Counted from the stretch's first letter, positions 1 to 9,357 are shown. The stretch: 64,000 nucleotides of DNA from Candidatus Planktophila sp. (GCA_021741905.1 JAIOWZ010000004.1:258-64257); one strand, 5' to 3'. A program made the numbers and translations. Notes: generated by a model from the sequence alone, not told the origin.

Positions 1-349
1 CTCTGTTATTTGCTGAGGTTGGTGAGAAGAAAGCGAAACGAATTTCGAAACCTTCATCCTCCCAAGTCTCAGGTGTCACTGATTCAGTCAATGATTCAAA
101 TCTGCGAGCGCCCTTGTCGGTAATCGCATAGACAATGCGAGATCTGCGTGAAGTTGCTTCCACGACAGTTTCTTCAATCACGCCTGCTTCAACCATTCGG
201 CGAAGCTGCGGATAAAGAACAGAAAATGACAATGCGCGGAATGGACCGAAGATGGTGCCGATGCGCTTTCGAAGTTCGTAGCCATGCAATGGGGCTTGTG
301 AGAGCAGGCCTAGGAGGGCGAATTCAAGTGACTCTGACCGTGAACGCAC
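1..349 (-). CDS. PadR-family transcriptional regulator (3' end runs off the window)
   Basis: Not in ORF track. Manual translation from GTG at 349 gives MRSRSESLEFALLGLLSQAPLHGYELRKRIGTIFGPFRALSFSVLYPQLRRM...RIVYAITDKG, the PadR wHTH signature. Confidence 0.9.
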   Translation of the reverse strand, partial: MRSRSESLEFALLGLLSQAPLHGYELRKRIGTIFGPFRALSFSVLYPQLRRMVEAGVIEETVVEATSRRSRIVYAITDKGARRFESLTESVTPETWEDEGFEIRFAFFSPTSANNR

Positions 350-379
350 TTGAGGCCTCCTCTCTTCGTACTCCGTGGA

Positions 380-401
380 ATGTATCCATTCGATATATCG
401 A
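380..401. promoter_or_regulatory. Palindromic putative PadR operator
   Basis: Perfect 12-bp palindrome TCGATATATCGA (390-401) overlapping imperfect ATGTATC-N5-GATATAT, between divergent padR and lysE-like genes. Confidence 0.45.
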
Positions 402-462
402 GCCGTAATCTATTGGGATATAGCGGCCTAGCGCAACCCAGACTCGCGGTTAAACTGCCCAC

Positions 463-1107
463 ATGATCATTCCCACGCGGCTAGCTGAGTACATCGTGGC
501 GGCTATGGTCATCATTTTGGCCCCTGGGCCCAGCGTGCTCTTTGTCATCGCCCGAGCCATTGCCTGGGGACGAAAGACCGCGGTACTCACCGTTGCCGGA
601 AATGTCACCGGTGCTTTTTCCTTGTCAGTCTTTGTGGCACTTGGTCTTGGTCCAATCTTGCAGCGTTCAGATCTTGCCTACATCGCCGTGCAATGGGGTG
701 GCGGCCTGTATCTGATCTATCTTGGAGTTGATGCAATTAGAAAACGCACGGTGCATGCAGCTGACATGACCAACCAAGGCGATTTTGCACCAAGTGCGCG
801 TCGTTCGATGTGGGATGGCTACTGGGTTGGCGCGCTCAACCCCAAAGGTGTTGTTTTCTTTGCAGCCGTTCTGCCGCAGTTCATTGATCGTGAACGTGGC
901 AGCGTTACTTCTCAATTGATTCTGTTGGGTGGCATCTTTGCGATCTTGGCATTTGTTTCAGATGGCACGTGGGGTTTGTTAGCTGGAACTGCGCGTGAGT
1001 GGCTTGCAACCGATTCCAAGCGCCTAGAGAAACTACGTGCAACTGGTGGCGTGATTATGATTGTTTTGGGCCTTGGAGTTTTGTATTCAGCAATTGTCAG
1101 TGCCTAA
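463..1107 (+). CDS. LysE/RhtB family amino-acid exporter
   Basis: N-terminal PGPS motif, LNPKG..FF motif, several hydrophobic segments; leaderless -10 TAAACT at 451-456. Confidence 0.92.
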   Translation: MIIPTRLAEYIVAAMVIILAPGPSVLFVIARAIAWGRKTAVLTVAGNVTGAFSLSVFVALGLGPILQRSDLAYIAVQWGGGLYLIYLGVDAIRKRTVHAADMTNQGDFAPSARRSMWDGYWVGALNPKGVVFFAAVLPQFIDRERGSVTSQLILLGGIFAILAFVSDGTWGLLAGTAREWLATDSKRLEKLRATGGVIMIVLGLGVLYSAIVSA

Positions 1108-1116
1108 GTCCACAAT
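1094..1116 (+). promoter_or_regulatory. RecA-NDp/PafBC-type DNA-damage promoter upstream of nuclease gene
   Basis: TTGTCAGTG-CCTAAGTC-CACAAT, then 6 nt to ATG 1123. Matches tTGTCRgtg-N8-TAnnnT except C at the first -10 position. Confidence 0.7.
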
Positions 1117-1122
1117 AAGCAC

Positions 1123-1800
1123 ATGATCAAACCAGCTAAGCCCGCCCGCGAAAACATTTCTCCGTCAGATCTAACCTTCGGTCTCTCAACCTGCAAACGT
1201 TGTTTATGGATTAAGTATTGGTTCAAGGTAACGATGCCAGGGCAGTTCCCGCTTGTTGGAACTATGGCTGCGCTACAAGAAGAACATTTCCAAGGTGCTG
1301 ATATGCCTACTATCGATCCCTCACTTCGACCAGGAAAAGTAACCAAATGGGGCGAATGGGTTAAGAGCAAACCGCTAGTTGTACATGGCGCAGAAACACG
1401 GTGGCGCATCCTCGGCAAGTATGACCTTGTCGCAACAAATGAGGATGGAACAATTGGTTTAATTGATTGCAAAGTTTCTGATAGTCAACGAGATAGCGGG
1501 CAGTTTTATTCACCCCAGCTTGAGGCATATGCCTACAGCCTAGAAAATCCTGCCGCGGGTAGGGCTCAAACCGTTGCATCAATCGGTTTACTAGTCTGGA
1601 AACCAACCACTGCTATTGGAACCTCTGTTGATAATTATGGTTTTGGGGTCTTTCAAAAGTATGTTCCGGTAGAACGCGACCAAGCGAACTTTCTCACAGT
1701 TATAGGTGAATTCATTAATGTTTTAGAAGGTGAACTTCCTGACGCCGGTCCTGAATGCCAAACATGTAACTACATAGTTGCTAGAAACGCTTTGGATTAA
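1123..1800 (+). CDS. PD-(D/E)XK (RecB/AddB/Cas4-like) nuclease with CxxC...CxxC
   Basis: ISPS..CKRC N-terminus, GKYD...IDCK catalytic motifs, QLEAY (QxxxY) motif, C-terminal CQTC. Confidence 0.82.
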   Translation: MIKPAKPARENISPSDLTFGLSTCKRCLWIKYWFKVTMPGQFPLVGTMAALQEEHFQGADMPTIDPSLRPGKVTKWGEWVKSKPLVVHGAETRWRILGKYDLVATNEDGTIGLIDCKVSDSQRDSGQFYSPQLEAYAYSLENPAAGRAQTVASIGLLVWKPTTAIGTSVDNYGFGVFQKYVPVERDQANFLTVIGEFINVLEGELPDAGPECQTCNYIVARNALD

Positions 1801-2489
1801 TCTTCTTCCTGGATTACACCGAGCTTGGCTTTTTTTGGTGCATAGATGTCGATGTACTCCTGGTCAGACATCGCATGAATCGCATGCATAATCTGATCTG
1901 TTACAACTCGCAAATGTTGTAAATCCGTTGAATCGCCATCGAAGTACATCGGCTTTCCAAAGCTCATTCCCACTCTTTTTACGTTAGGTATTACTTTTCC
2001 AGTTGGTTGAATCTTGTCGGTATTAGACATTGCAACGGGAATTACTGGCGCGCCAGATTCAATTGCTAGGCGTGCTATTCCTGTTCGACCTTTATATAAG
2101 CGTCCATCAGGTGATCTGGTTCCCTCAGGATAGATACCGATGCAATCTCCATCAGCCAAAACTTTAAGGCCAGTAATCAAAGCTGCTTCGCTTCGTCGAC
2201 CACCTGAACGATCAACCGGGACCTGACCTAATGCGATGAAAGTTAACTTTTTCAACAACCCTTTTGGCCCAGGTGAGGTGAAATACTCACTCTTGGCCAA
2301 GAATGTCACTTTGCGGGGCACAACAAGTGGCATAAAAATTGAATCACTAAAGGACAGGTGGTTAGAGGCGATAATCACTGGCCCTTTAGCCGGCACATTG
2401 CGAAGTCCCCGCACCTTGGGGCGAAATGCAAGCATTAAGAACGGGGTCAGGAATGCTCGCAAGGCCCCATACGGCAGATCGTTTAACAC
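1797..2489 (-). CDS. plsC: 1-acyl-sn-glycerol-3-phosphate acyltransferase (PlsC family)
   Basis: NHLSFSD (HX4D) and YPEGTRS motifs. Confidence 0.9.
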   Translation of the reverse strand: MLNDLPYGALRAFLTPFLMLAFRPKVRGLRNVPAKGPVIIASNHLSFSDSIFMPLVVPRKVTFLAKSEYFTSPGPKGLLKKLTFIALGQVPVDRSGGRRSEAALITGLKVLADGDCIGIYPEGTRSPDGRLYKGRTGIARLAIESGAPVIPVAMSNTDKIQPTGKVIPNVKRVGMSFGKPMYFDGDSTDLQHLRVVTDQIMHAIHAMSDQEYIDIYAPKKAKLGVIQEED

Positions 2490-2533
2490 GAGGTCAATTT
2501 ACTGGTTATTGACGGCTATGACACTATCTGAGG

Positions 2534-2797
2534 GTGAGTAACGGAAAAATAGAGCCTGAAGATTTTGACGAGGAGGAGTTAATCCGCTCTGAGTTCGAAT
2601 CCATCGTCTCTGGCCTCTCTTTGGATGAATCGACCCCAACAACCTATCTAGATGATCTTGATCGAATTAATGAAGAAGGTTTTGTTCCACCTAATCCCCC
2701 ACGACAAACGCCTCAAGGATTTATTGCTTCGGCAAAGCGGGCGATTAATCGCTGGTTAAATCGCGATTACCACGAAGATGATGGTGTGGCGCTATGA
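2534..2797 (+). CDS. Small acidic hypothetical protein
   Basis: 87-aa ORF, GTG start, stop overlaps next ATG (ATGA coupling). Confidence 0.65.
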   Translation: MSNGKIEPEDFDEEELIRSEFESIVSGLSLDESTPTTYLDDLDRINEEGFVPPNPPRQTPQGFIASAKRAINRWLNRDYHEDDGVAL

Positions 2798-3774
2798 GTA
2801 CTTTTAATTGGGGAATCTTGGGGCCAGGTGGGATCGCCCGTGCATTTGCAACAGATCTACAGACGCTTGCTGGACATAGCGTTGCTGCAGTTGGATCTAG
2901 AACCCTTAGTAATGCACAAGAGTTTGTCAGTACTTTTGGTGGAAAAGCTTATGGAAGTTATGAAGAGCTTGTGGCAGATGAGAGTATTGATGCAATTTAT
3001 GTGGCAACGCCACATCCAGCACACAAAGAAAATGTGATTGCGGCACTTAATGCAGGTAAGCCAGTTTTATGTGAAAAACCATTTGCGGTCAATGCACAAG
3101 AGGCACAAGAAATGGTTGCCGCTGCGGTAGCAAATAATGTGGCACTCATGGAAGCTATGTGGTCCAGATTCCTGCCTCACTACGCACAGGTGCGTGAAAT
3201 AATTGCAAGCGGCATTTTAGGAAAGATCCTGACGGTTCATGCAGATCATGGTCAGCGATTAGCAGATCAAAATATTCCTCGCTTAGTCGACCCTTTACTT
3301 GCTGGCGGAGCATTGCTTGATCTGGGAATTTATCCTGTTTCATTTGCACACATGATTCTCGGCAATCCAACCAAGATAATTGCAAGTGGAGTGCTTACTG
3401 AAAGAGGTGTTGATGGGCAAACATCTATGATTTTTGATTATGCCAGTGGAGCGCAAGCAGTTTTAAATACCACGATGCTCGAGCAAACCCCATGTCGGGC
3501 TGTTGTTGCTGGTGTTAATGGATGGTTAGAGATAGATCGCGTCTTTTATTCTCCAACAAGCATGCGGGTCACCTTATTTGATGGCACTGTTAAGCAGTAC
3601 CCCAATACCTATGTTGGTCATGGAATACGCGAACAAGCAGAACAATTCAAGCAACTCGTGCTGTCTGGAAAGCAACAAAATGAGTTGCTCAATTGGAAAG
3701 ACACCGTCGATATTATGAAAACACTTGACACTGTGAGATCTCAAATTGGGTTGATCTACCCCTTTGAGAATTAG
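2794..3774 (+). CDS. Gfo/Idh/MocA family oxidoreductase
   Basis: WGILGPGGIA Rossmann motif, VLCEKP, GGALLDLGIY. Confidence 0.93.
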   Translation: MSTFNWGILGPGGIARAFATDLQTLAGHSVAAVGSRTLSNAQEFVSTFGGKAYGSYEELVADESIDAIYVATPHPAHKENVIAALNAGKPVLCEKPFAVNAQEAQEMVAAAVANNVALMEAMWSRFLPHYAQVREIIASGILGKILTVHADHGQRLADQNIPRLVDPLLAGGALLDLGIYPVSFAHMILGNPTKIIASGVLTERGVDGQTSMIFDYASGAQAVLNTTMLEQTPCRAVVAGVNGWLEIDRVFYSPTSMRVTLFDGTVKQYPNTYVGHGIREQAEQFKQLVLSGKQQNELLNWKDTVDIMKTLDTVRSQIGLIYPFEN

Positions 3775-4715
3775 ACTCTAGCTAAATCTGCAACACCAAC
3801 AAGTCCAGCATCATTACCTAGTTCAGCTGCAATCAAAGTTGGATATGGGTGTTTGCCCGCAAATGGCATTGTGCGCTCAAGGGATTCACGGGTTGGCTTT
3901 AACAAAATTTCTCCGGCATCAATTACACCTCCACCAATTATAAAACAGGAAGGATCCAATAAAACCGACAAGGAGGCTATTCCTGCACCAAGCCATTGAC
4001 CGGTTGTATTAAAGGCTGCAAGTGCGACAGGGTCACCTTCACGGGCGGCATCAGTAATGGCTTGTCCGGTTAATCCAGCGATTGTGCCATCACCACGAGA
4101 TAAAAGGTTGCGTGCAATTTCAGGACTTGCGCTGATTGCTTCTCGTGCATGTCGCAGCAGAGCATTTCCAGATGCATATTGCTCAAAACATCCACGCGCC
4201 CCACAACCACACAAGTGACCATCTGGAACAACACGTAGGTGACCAAACTCTGCTGCTATTCCAAAAGCTCCACGGAACAATTCGCCATTAAGAACAATTC
4301 CTCCACCAATACCAGTGCCAACAGTCAACATCATCATGTGATTTTGATTGCGACCTGCGCCAAACTTTGCTTCACCCCACGCTGCAGCGTTTGCATCATT
4401 TTCGATAACAACTGGCAATCCAATTAATGCCGAAAGTTCAGCGTCTAGATTGACGCCATTCCAGTCAGCGATGTTGGGTGTTGCCAGCATCGTTTTGCGA
4501 TCTGATGAAACAAATCCGGCTGCTGAAACTCCGATAGATGTGATTGTGTGCTCAGACATCAATTCGATCGCTGTGTCAGCAATTGTTTGAGTTAAAGCTC
4601 TTCCACCTTGACGAGGGGTGTCTTTACGTGCGGTCGCAATAATTTTTCCATTTTCATCAACGACACCACCCAAAACTTTTGTGCCACCTACATCGATGCC
4701 AATCGTGTATGTCAT
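3771..4715 (-). CDS. glk: ROK-family glucokinase
   Basis: IGIDVGGTK, ENDANAAA, GTGIGGG, EFGH..CGCG...CFE motifs. Confidence 0.92.
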   Translation of the reverse strand: MTYTIGIDVGGTKVLGGVVDENGKIIATARKDTPRQGGRALTQTIADTAIELMSEHTITSIGVSAAGFVSSDRKTMLATPNIADWNGVNLDAELSALIGLPVVIENDANAAAWGEAKFGAGRNQNHMMMLTVGTGIGGGIVLNGELFRGAFGIAAEFGHLRVVPDGHLCGCGARGCFEQYASGNALLRHAREAISASPEIARNLLSRGDGTIAGLTGQAITDAAREGDPVALAAFNTTGQWLGAGIASLSVLLDPSCFIIGGGVIDAGEILLKPTRESLERTMPFAGKHPYPTLIAAELGNDAGLVGVADLARV

Positions 4716-4719
4716 AGAA

Positions 4720-5157
4720 CTATTCCTCTAGATGAGTTTTGAGTTGTGTCAACGCTGCATCAATCGTTGATTTCTCTGCTTTCTGACGCATCATCGGAGG
4801 TATTGGCATCGATACTGAAACTTCGAGCTCATATGTCACTTCAGTTGTGTCTGCATCTATGCTCTTGATTGAATAAATCCCGTCCATGCTAGTTAAAAGA
4901 TCTGCCTCATCTAGTGAGAAGCTCAGTTTGTTAGGAGCACCGCTCCAGTCATAATCCAAAGTAAGGCGATCTTTCATCATGCCCGCATCGATACTCATCT
5001 TCACCTTAGTTATGCGGCCCTGATCATCCTTGGCAACGGCTTCGGCTGACTTAATCTGGGATGACCATTCGGGGTACTTGTCTAAGGCAAAAAGCGCCGC
5101 TTGAACCGCGGCGATAGGGGCATCGATACTTATTGTGGACTTGCTGGATTCGCTCAT
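4720..5157 (-). CDS. SRPBCC/polyketide cyclase-dehydrase family protein
   Basis: SISIDAP...YPEW pattern; usual actinobacterial position between fadD and glk. Confidence 0.85.
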   Translation of the reverse strand: MSESSKSTISIDAPIAAVQAALFALDKYPEWSSQIKSAEAVAKDDQGRITKVKMSIDAGMMKDRLTLDYDWSGAPNKLSFSLDEADLLTSMDGIYSIKSIDADTTEVTYELEVSVSMPIPPMMRQKAEKSTIDAALTQLKTHLEE

Positions 5158-5210
5158 GGCACAAGGTTACCCTCTTTACCTTTCCTCATCGCTCACGCTA
5201 GCGTTGGGCT

Positions 5211-7001
5211 ATGAATGAAATATCAATCCCTCCGCTAGTTCCTGCTGCTGCAGCTGGAAACCTCACAGATTTGATCGCTGACCGCGCCTTGTTTGAACCT
5301 GAGCGCATCACCATGTCTCGCCCACTGGGCGAAGGCTGGCAACCTGTAACCGCCCGCGAAGTTGATGAAGAAGTTCGCGCAACTGCTAAAGGATTAATAG
5401 CAGCCGGAGTCCAAATTGGAGATCGCATCGCAATCATGGCGCGCACACGCTATGAATGGACGATTTTAGATTTTGCCACATGGTATGCCGGAGCCGTTGT
5501 CGTGCCAATCTATGACACATCATCTGCAGAGCAGATTGATTGGATTCTCAATGACTCCCATTCTGTTGGCATCATTGTTGAGACACCTGCACTTCGTGAT
5601 CTTGTGCAAACTGTTTTGCCTTCCCACACCCGTCATGTTTGGACGATGACAGATGATGTCTTAGCGCTTTTGCGAGAGGCTGGTAAGCACATCGGTGATG
5701 ATGAAATCGATCGTCGCCGTAAGGCCGTTACTCCCTCATCTCTTGCAACTTTGATCTACACATCAGGAACTACTGGAAAGCCAAAGGGCGTGCAGTTAAC
5801 GCACGCTAATTTCCTTTCAGAGACTGGCAACGTTGCTCAAGGTGCAAGTGAGCTTTTCCTCAAGCCTGGTGGATCAACGCTGCTCTTCCTACCAGTTGCA
5901 CACGTATTTGGACGTATGGTTCAAATTGGTGCAATCGCATCTGGCCTACACATGGCACATTGCAGCGACCCTGCAACGCGATTACCAATGGATCTAGCGT
6001 CATTTAAACCAACATTTGTTTTGGCAGTTCCTCGCATCTTTGAAAAGATTTATAACGGCGCTGAGGCTCGTGCTGAGGCTGCTGGGAAGGGCAAGATTTT
6101 CAAAAAAGCTGCTGATGTTGCTATCGCATACTCAGAAGCACTAGATAAGAAGGGTATGTCACCAGTTCTCAAATTTAAGCATGCAATATTCGACAAGCTT
6201 GTCTACAGCAAGCTGCGTGCAGGAATGGGCGGAAATGTAGAGGCGGCAATCTCAGGTGGAGCCCCTCTCGGAGTACGCCTGGGACACTTCTATCGCGGTG
6301 CTGGCGTAACAATTCTTGAGGGTTACGGTTTAACTGAAACCACAGCCGGTGCAACTCTTAACCTGTATGGAGCACACCGTGTTGGTTCTGTTGGTAAGCC
6401 AATTCCCGGAACCTCAGTCAAGATTGCAGAAGATGGAGAAGTTCTTCTTCGCGGACCAATCGTTATGCAGGGGTACTGGCAAAACGATGCCGCCAACGCC
6501 GAAGTGTTTGATGGTGAGCGTTGGTTTAAGACAGGCGATCTTGGAAAGCTAGATGATGACGGTTTCCTATATATCGTTGGACGCAAGAAGGAAATTATCG
6601 TGACAGCTGGTGGAAAAAATGTTGCACCGGCAGTTCTAGAAGATCGTTTGCGCTCTCATCCACTAGTCAGCCAGTGCATGGTTGTCGGCGATAACCAGCC
6701 ATTCATCGCAGCACTTGTAACTATCGATCCAGATGCTCTTAAGGCATGGGTGGCTAACAACAAGAAAGATGGAGCTTCGATCAATGATTTGATCAACGAT
6801 CCAGATTTGATTGCAGTTGTTCAGACCGCAGTCGATGAAGCAAACAAAGCGGTAAGTAAGGCTGAATCGATTCGTAAATTCACAATTCTTCCTGTGGACT
6901 TCACAATCGCAGGAGGCCACTTGACCGCAAAACTCTCCGTGAAGCGCCACGTTGTCGCAAAGGAGTTTGCACAAGAGATTGACGCATTATTTGCTAAATG
7001 A
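5211..7001 (+). CDS. fadD: Long-chain fatty acid-CoA ligase
   Basis: YTSGTTGKPKG AMP-binding motif, EGYGLTE, TGDLG, GRKKE. Confidence 0.93.
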   Translation: MNEISIPPLVPAAAAGNLTDLIADRALFEPERITMSRPLGEGWQPVTAREVDEEVRATAKGLIAAGVQIGDRIAIMARTRYEWTILDFATWYAGAVVVPIYDTSSAEQIDWILNDSHSVGIIVETPALRDLVQTVLPSHTRHVWTMTDDVLALLREAGKHIGDDEIDRRRKAVTPSSLATLIYTSGTTGKPKGVQLTHANFLSETGNVAQGASELFLKPGGSTLLFLPVAHVFGRMVQIGAIASGLHMAHCSDPATRLPMDLASFKPTFVLAVPRIFEKIYNGAEARAEAAGKGKIFKKAADVAIAYSEALDKKGMSPVLKFKHAIFDKLVYSKLRAGMGGNVEAAISGGAPLGVRLGHFYRGAGVTILEGYGLTETTAGATLNLYGAHRVGSVGKPIPGTSVKIAEDGEVLLRGPIVMQGYWQNDAANAEVFDGERWFKTGDLGKLDDDGFLYIVGRKKEIIVTAGGKNVAPAVLEDRLRSHPLVSQCMVVGDNQPFIAALVTIDPDALKAWVANNKKDGASINDLINDPDLIAVVQTAVDEANKAVSKAESIRKFTILPVDFTIAGGHLTAKLSVKRHVVAKEFAQEIDALFAK

Positions 7002-7471
7002 GTGATCGGCGGGTCGTACTCGCTCAAGAACTTCATGATGGAATCGCCCAGGACCTTGTAGGCCTGGGCTTTTCCATTGACTCATTGATTTCCACAAGCC
7101 ACGACCAGACCGCAAAAGAATCACTACGCCAATTACGATTTTCGGTCACTGAACTTATTGATAAAGTCAGGTTGGAGATTCATCAACTTCGCACCGCAGC
7201 TGATCTAATTTCTGCGACTAGCGAGAAGGATTTCTCCTATGAACTTTTGCGAGTGCTCTCAGAAATATTTCGAAATGTCCAAGAGCATGCCCACGCTTCA
7301 CACCTGTCTATCCAGATCACAGACAATGGAATTGGAGGCGCGCAGAGCAAAGAAGGCAGTTTTGGCCTTACTGGAATCCGAGAACGAATAGTCAGTATTG
7401 GTGGGGATATCCGTATTGACTCAGGCCAACTAGGGACAAAAATTAGCATTGAGCTGCCATTGGAAAGGTAA
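6998..7471 (+). CDS. Miniature HisKA_3-type histidine kinase lacking a sensor domain
   Basis: LAQELHDGIAQ H-box, EIFRNVQEHA N-box, ITDNGIG G1, FGLTGIRER G2; only 157 aa, no TM segment. Confidence 0.8.
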   Translation: MSDRRVVLAQELHDGIAQDLVGLGFSIDSLISTSHDQTAKESLRQLRFSVTELIDKVRLEIHQLRTAADLISATSEKDFSYELLRVLSEIFRNVQEHAHASHLSIQITDNGIGGAQSKEGSFGLTGIRERIVSIGGDIRIDSGQLGTKISIELPLER

Positions 7472-7473
7472 CA

Positions 7474-8070
7474 ATGAGGGTGTTAATTGTTGATGACCAT
7501 GCCGTTGTCCGTCATGGGTTGAAATCTGCGATACAGACACATGGATATGAAGTAGTTGCAGTTACAGGATCAATTAATGAAGCAAAAGCTTTCATGGCGC
7601 AAACAAATCCAGATGCGATTATCGTAGATATCAATCTTCCGGATGGTTCCGGATTTGATGTGGTGGCTTGGGCGCGCAAAGTTTCCCCAACAATTGCAAT
7701 AGTCGTTCTGACACTCAATGATGGTGAAGATTATGTACGAGCGGCAAAAAACGCCGGAGCAAATGCATTCGTCGTAAAGAATGCGCCCATATCTGATCTT
7801 CTCGCGGCTCTTGATTTTTCAATTTCTAGCCCAACTTCATTTAGTAGCAAACATGTCCTTGCCACAGGAATCGACTCTGGGCTCACTGCTCGAGAAATAG
7901 ATGTACTTCAATCAATCAGCCACGGTTGTAGTAACGCAGCAATTGCTACAAATCTTTTTATCTCAGTCTCAACAGTCAAAACTCATGTCTCATCTATTCT
8001 GCGAAAGCTAGATGCAGATAGTCGCGTTCAGGCATTATCTATTGCCCGCGAACGTGGATTACTTGTTTAG
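7474..8070 (+). CDS. NarL/LuxR-family response regulator
   Basis: VLIVDDH, VDINLPD phospho-Asp, LTAREIDVL...TVKTHVSSILRKL HTH. Confidence 0.93.
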   Translation: MRVLIVDDHAVVRHGLKSAIQTHGYEVVAVTGSINEAKAFMAQTNPDAIIVDINLPDGSGFDVVAWARKVSPTIAIVVLTLNDGEDYVRAAKNAGANAFVVKNAPISDLLAALDFSISSPTSFSSKHVLATGIDSGLTAREIDVLQSISHGCSNAAIATNLFISVSTVKTHVSSILRKLDADSRVQALSIARERGLLV

Positions 8071-9210
8071 TAAATCTTCAAAACTCCTAGACCAGATTTC
8101 CCAGCGCCAATTTTCAACTATCCATTGGCGTCCAGCTGTGCCCATCTTCTTTGACATGTCAACCTTGGTCAGTAGTTCAATGGCAGCATCTGCAATCTCT
8201 TCAATATTGGTTCCATCAACAACCAAGCCAGTTTCGTTTAGCACAACAGCATCAGGTGCTCCCCCAGAATTTCCTGCAAGAACGGGTAATCCACATGCAC
8301 TGGCTTCAAGATAAACAATTCCAAGTCCTTCGACTTCTAGACCCATCAATCGTGAACGGCTCGGCATTGCAAAAATGTCCCCAACGCAGATGTACAAAGG
8401 CAGATCTTTATGATCAATTCTGCCTATTAGAGTTACCGAACCTTCTAGCCTGTAATTCTGAATTAATTTTTGAAGGTGATCTCGATGAGGACCCTCACCA
8501 ACTAACAATAGGTGCGCGTTGGAAACAGTTTTAAGGATTTCGGGCATAGCCTCGATTAAGCGATCTTGGCCTTTGCGATGAACCAGACGCCCAACAGAAA
8601 CTATTACCTTCTTTTCACTCAATCCCAATGACTTCCGAAGCGCTGATGCATCGGTCGGCAGGAAATGCTCGACATCAATACCAGGTGCAATTTTGATCAT
8701 CGCTCGTTGCGCCCGATCTGTTAAACCTTGTGAAATAGCGTTACGAGTGAATTCACCCAAATATGTAAGCGCATCAACTGTTGAACCAATTCTGCGTAAC
8801 AAAAGGTTGAATGGAAATACTTTTGCCCACCACACTTCATGGCCATGTGTGAGAGCAACCGTTCTTCGCACCCCAGCACCTTTGATACTTGCCGATAAAA
8901 GTCCCAGAGGGGCAGCAGCTCCAAATGCTGCAGTTGTAATACCTTCTCGTTTAACAATGCTGCGCAGTTGAAATGCAACTCTTGGGGTTGGCAACAGTAT
9001 TTTTGATCGATCTCTAATCACGCGAACCCCGTAATTAGTCAACCAATCAACGTCATAGGCATCAGAATTTTCTTGAAAAGATGTGTAGACAATAGTTTGA
9101 CCAAAAGGTCGACGTTGAATCAAACCAATAATGAAGGTTTCTATTCCGCCAGCCCGTGGCCCAAAGTCATTAGTAACAAAAAGAACCGGATTAGAAACGG
9201 CGAGCTCCAA
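8059..9210 (-). CDS. pimB: GT4 glycosyltransferase, phosphatidylinositol mannoside mannosyltransferase PimB'-like
   Basis: VTNDFGPRAGGIETF, THGHE, VGRLVHRKGQD, EGLGIVYLEA. Start codon uncertain. Confidence 0.85.
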   Translation of the reverse strand: MELAVSNPVLFVTNDFGPRAGGIETFIIGLIQRRPFGQTIVYTSFQENSDAYDVDWLTNYGVRVIRDRSKILLPTPRVAFQLRSIVKREGITTAAFGAAAPLGLLSASIKGAGVRRTVALTHGHEVWWAKVFPFNLLLRRIGSTVDALTYLGEFTRNAISQGLTDRAQRAMIKIAPGIDVEHFLPTDASALRKSLGLSEKKVIVSVGRLVHRKGQDRLIEAMPEILKTVSNAHLLLVGEGPHRDHLQKLIQNYRLEGSVTLIGRIDHKDLPLYICVGDIFAMPSRSRLMGLEVEGLGIVYLEASACGLPVLAGNSGGAPDAVVLNETGLVVDGTNIEEIADAAIELLTKVDMSKKMGTAGRQWIVENWRWEIWSRSFEDLLNK

Positions 9211-9357
9211 CCAATGGTGTACTACCGAAACTGCTAGTCCCTTTCATGCGCGAGCCAGAACGATGCGCATAGGTACGGACATGGGAGCAAGGCTAGCCTC
9301 GCCCAAGCCCCTATCTCAACCTCATAACCCTCAAAGAGGCTATAAGTTCCGCTTCAT

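Noticed and set aside
148-408. 86-aa plus-strand ORF in the track
   Set aside because: It is the antisense shadow of the PadR gene on the minus strand.
1123-1800. CRISPR-Cas locus suggested by the Cas4-like protein
   Set aside because: No repeat-spacer array, cas1/cas2 or effector gene is visible in the window.
9211-9357. c-di-AMP (ydaO) riboswitch, often found before actinobacterial cell-wall hydrolases
   Set aside because: I could not recognise the conserved ydaO sequence elements; an Infernal search would settle it.
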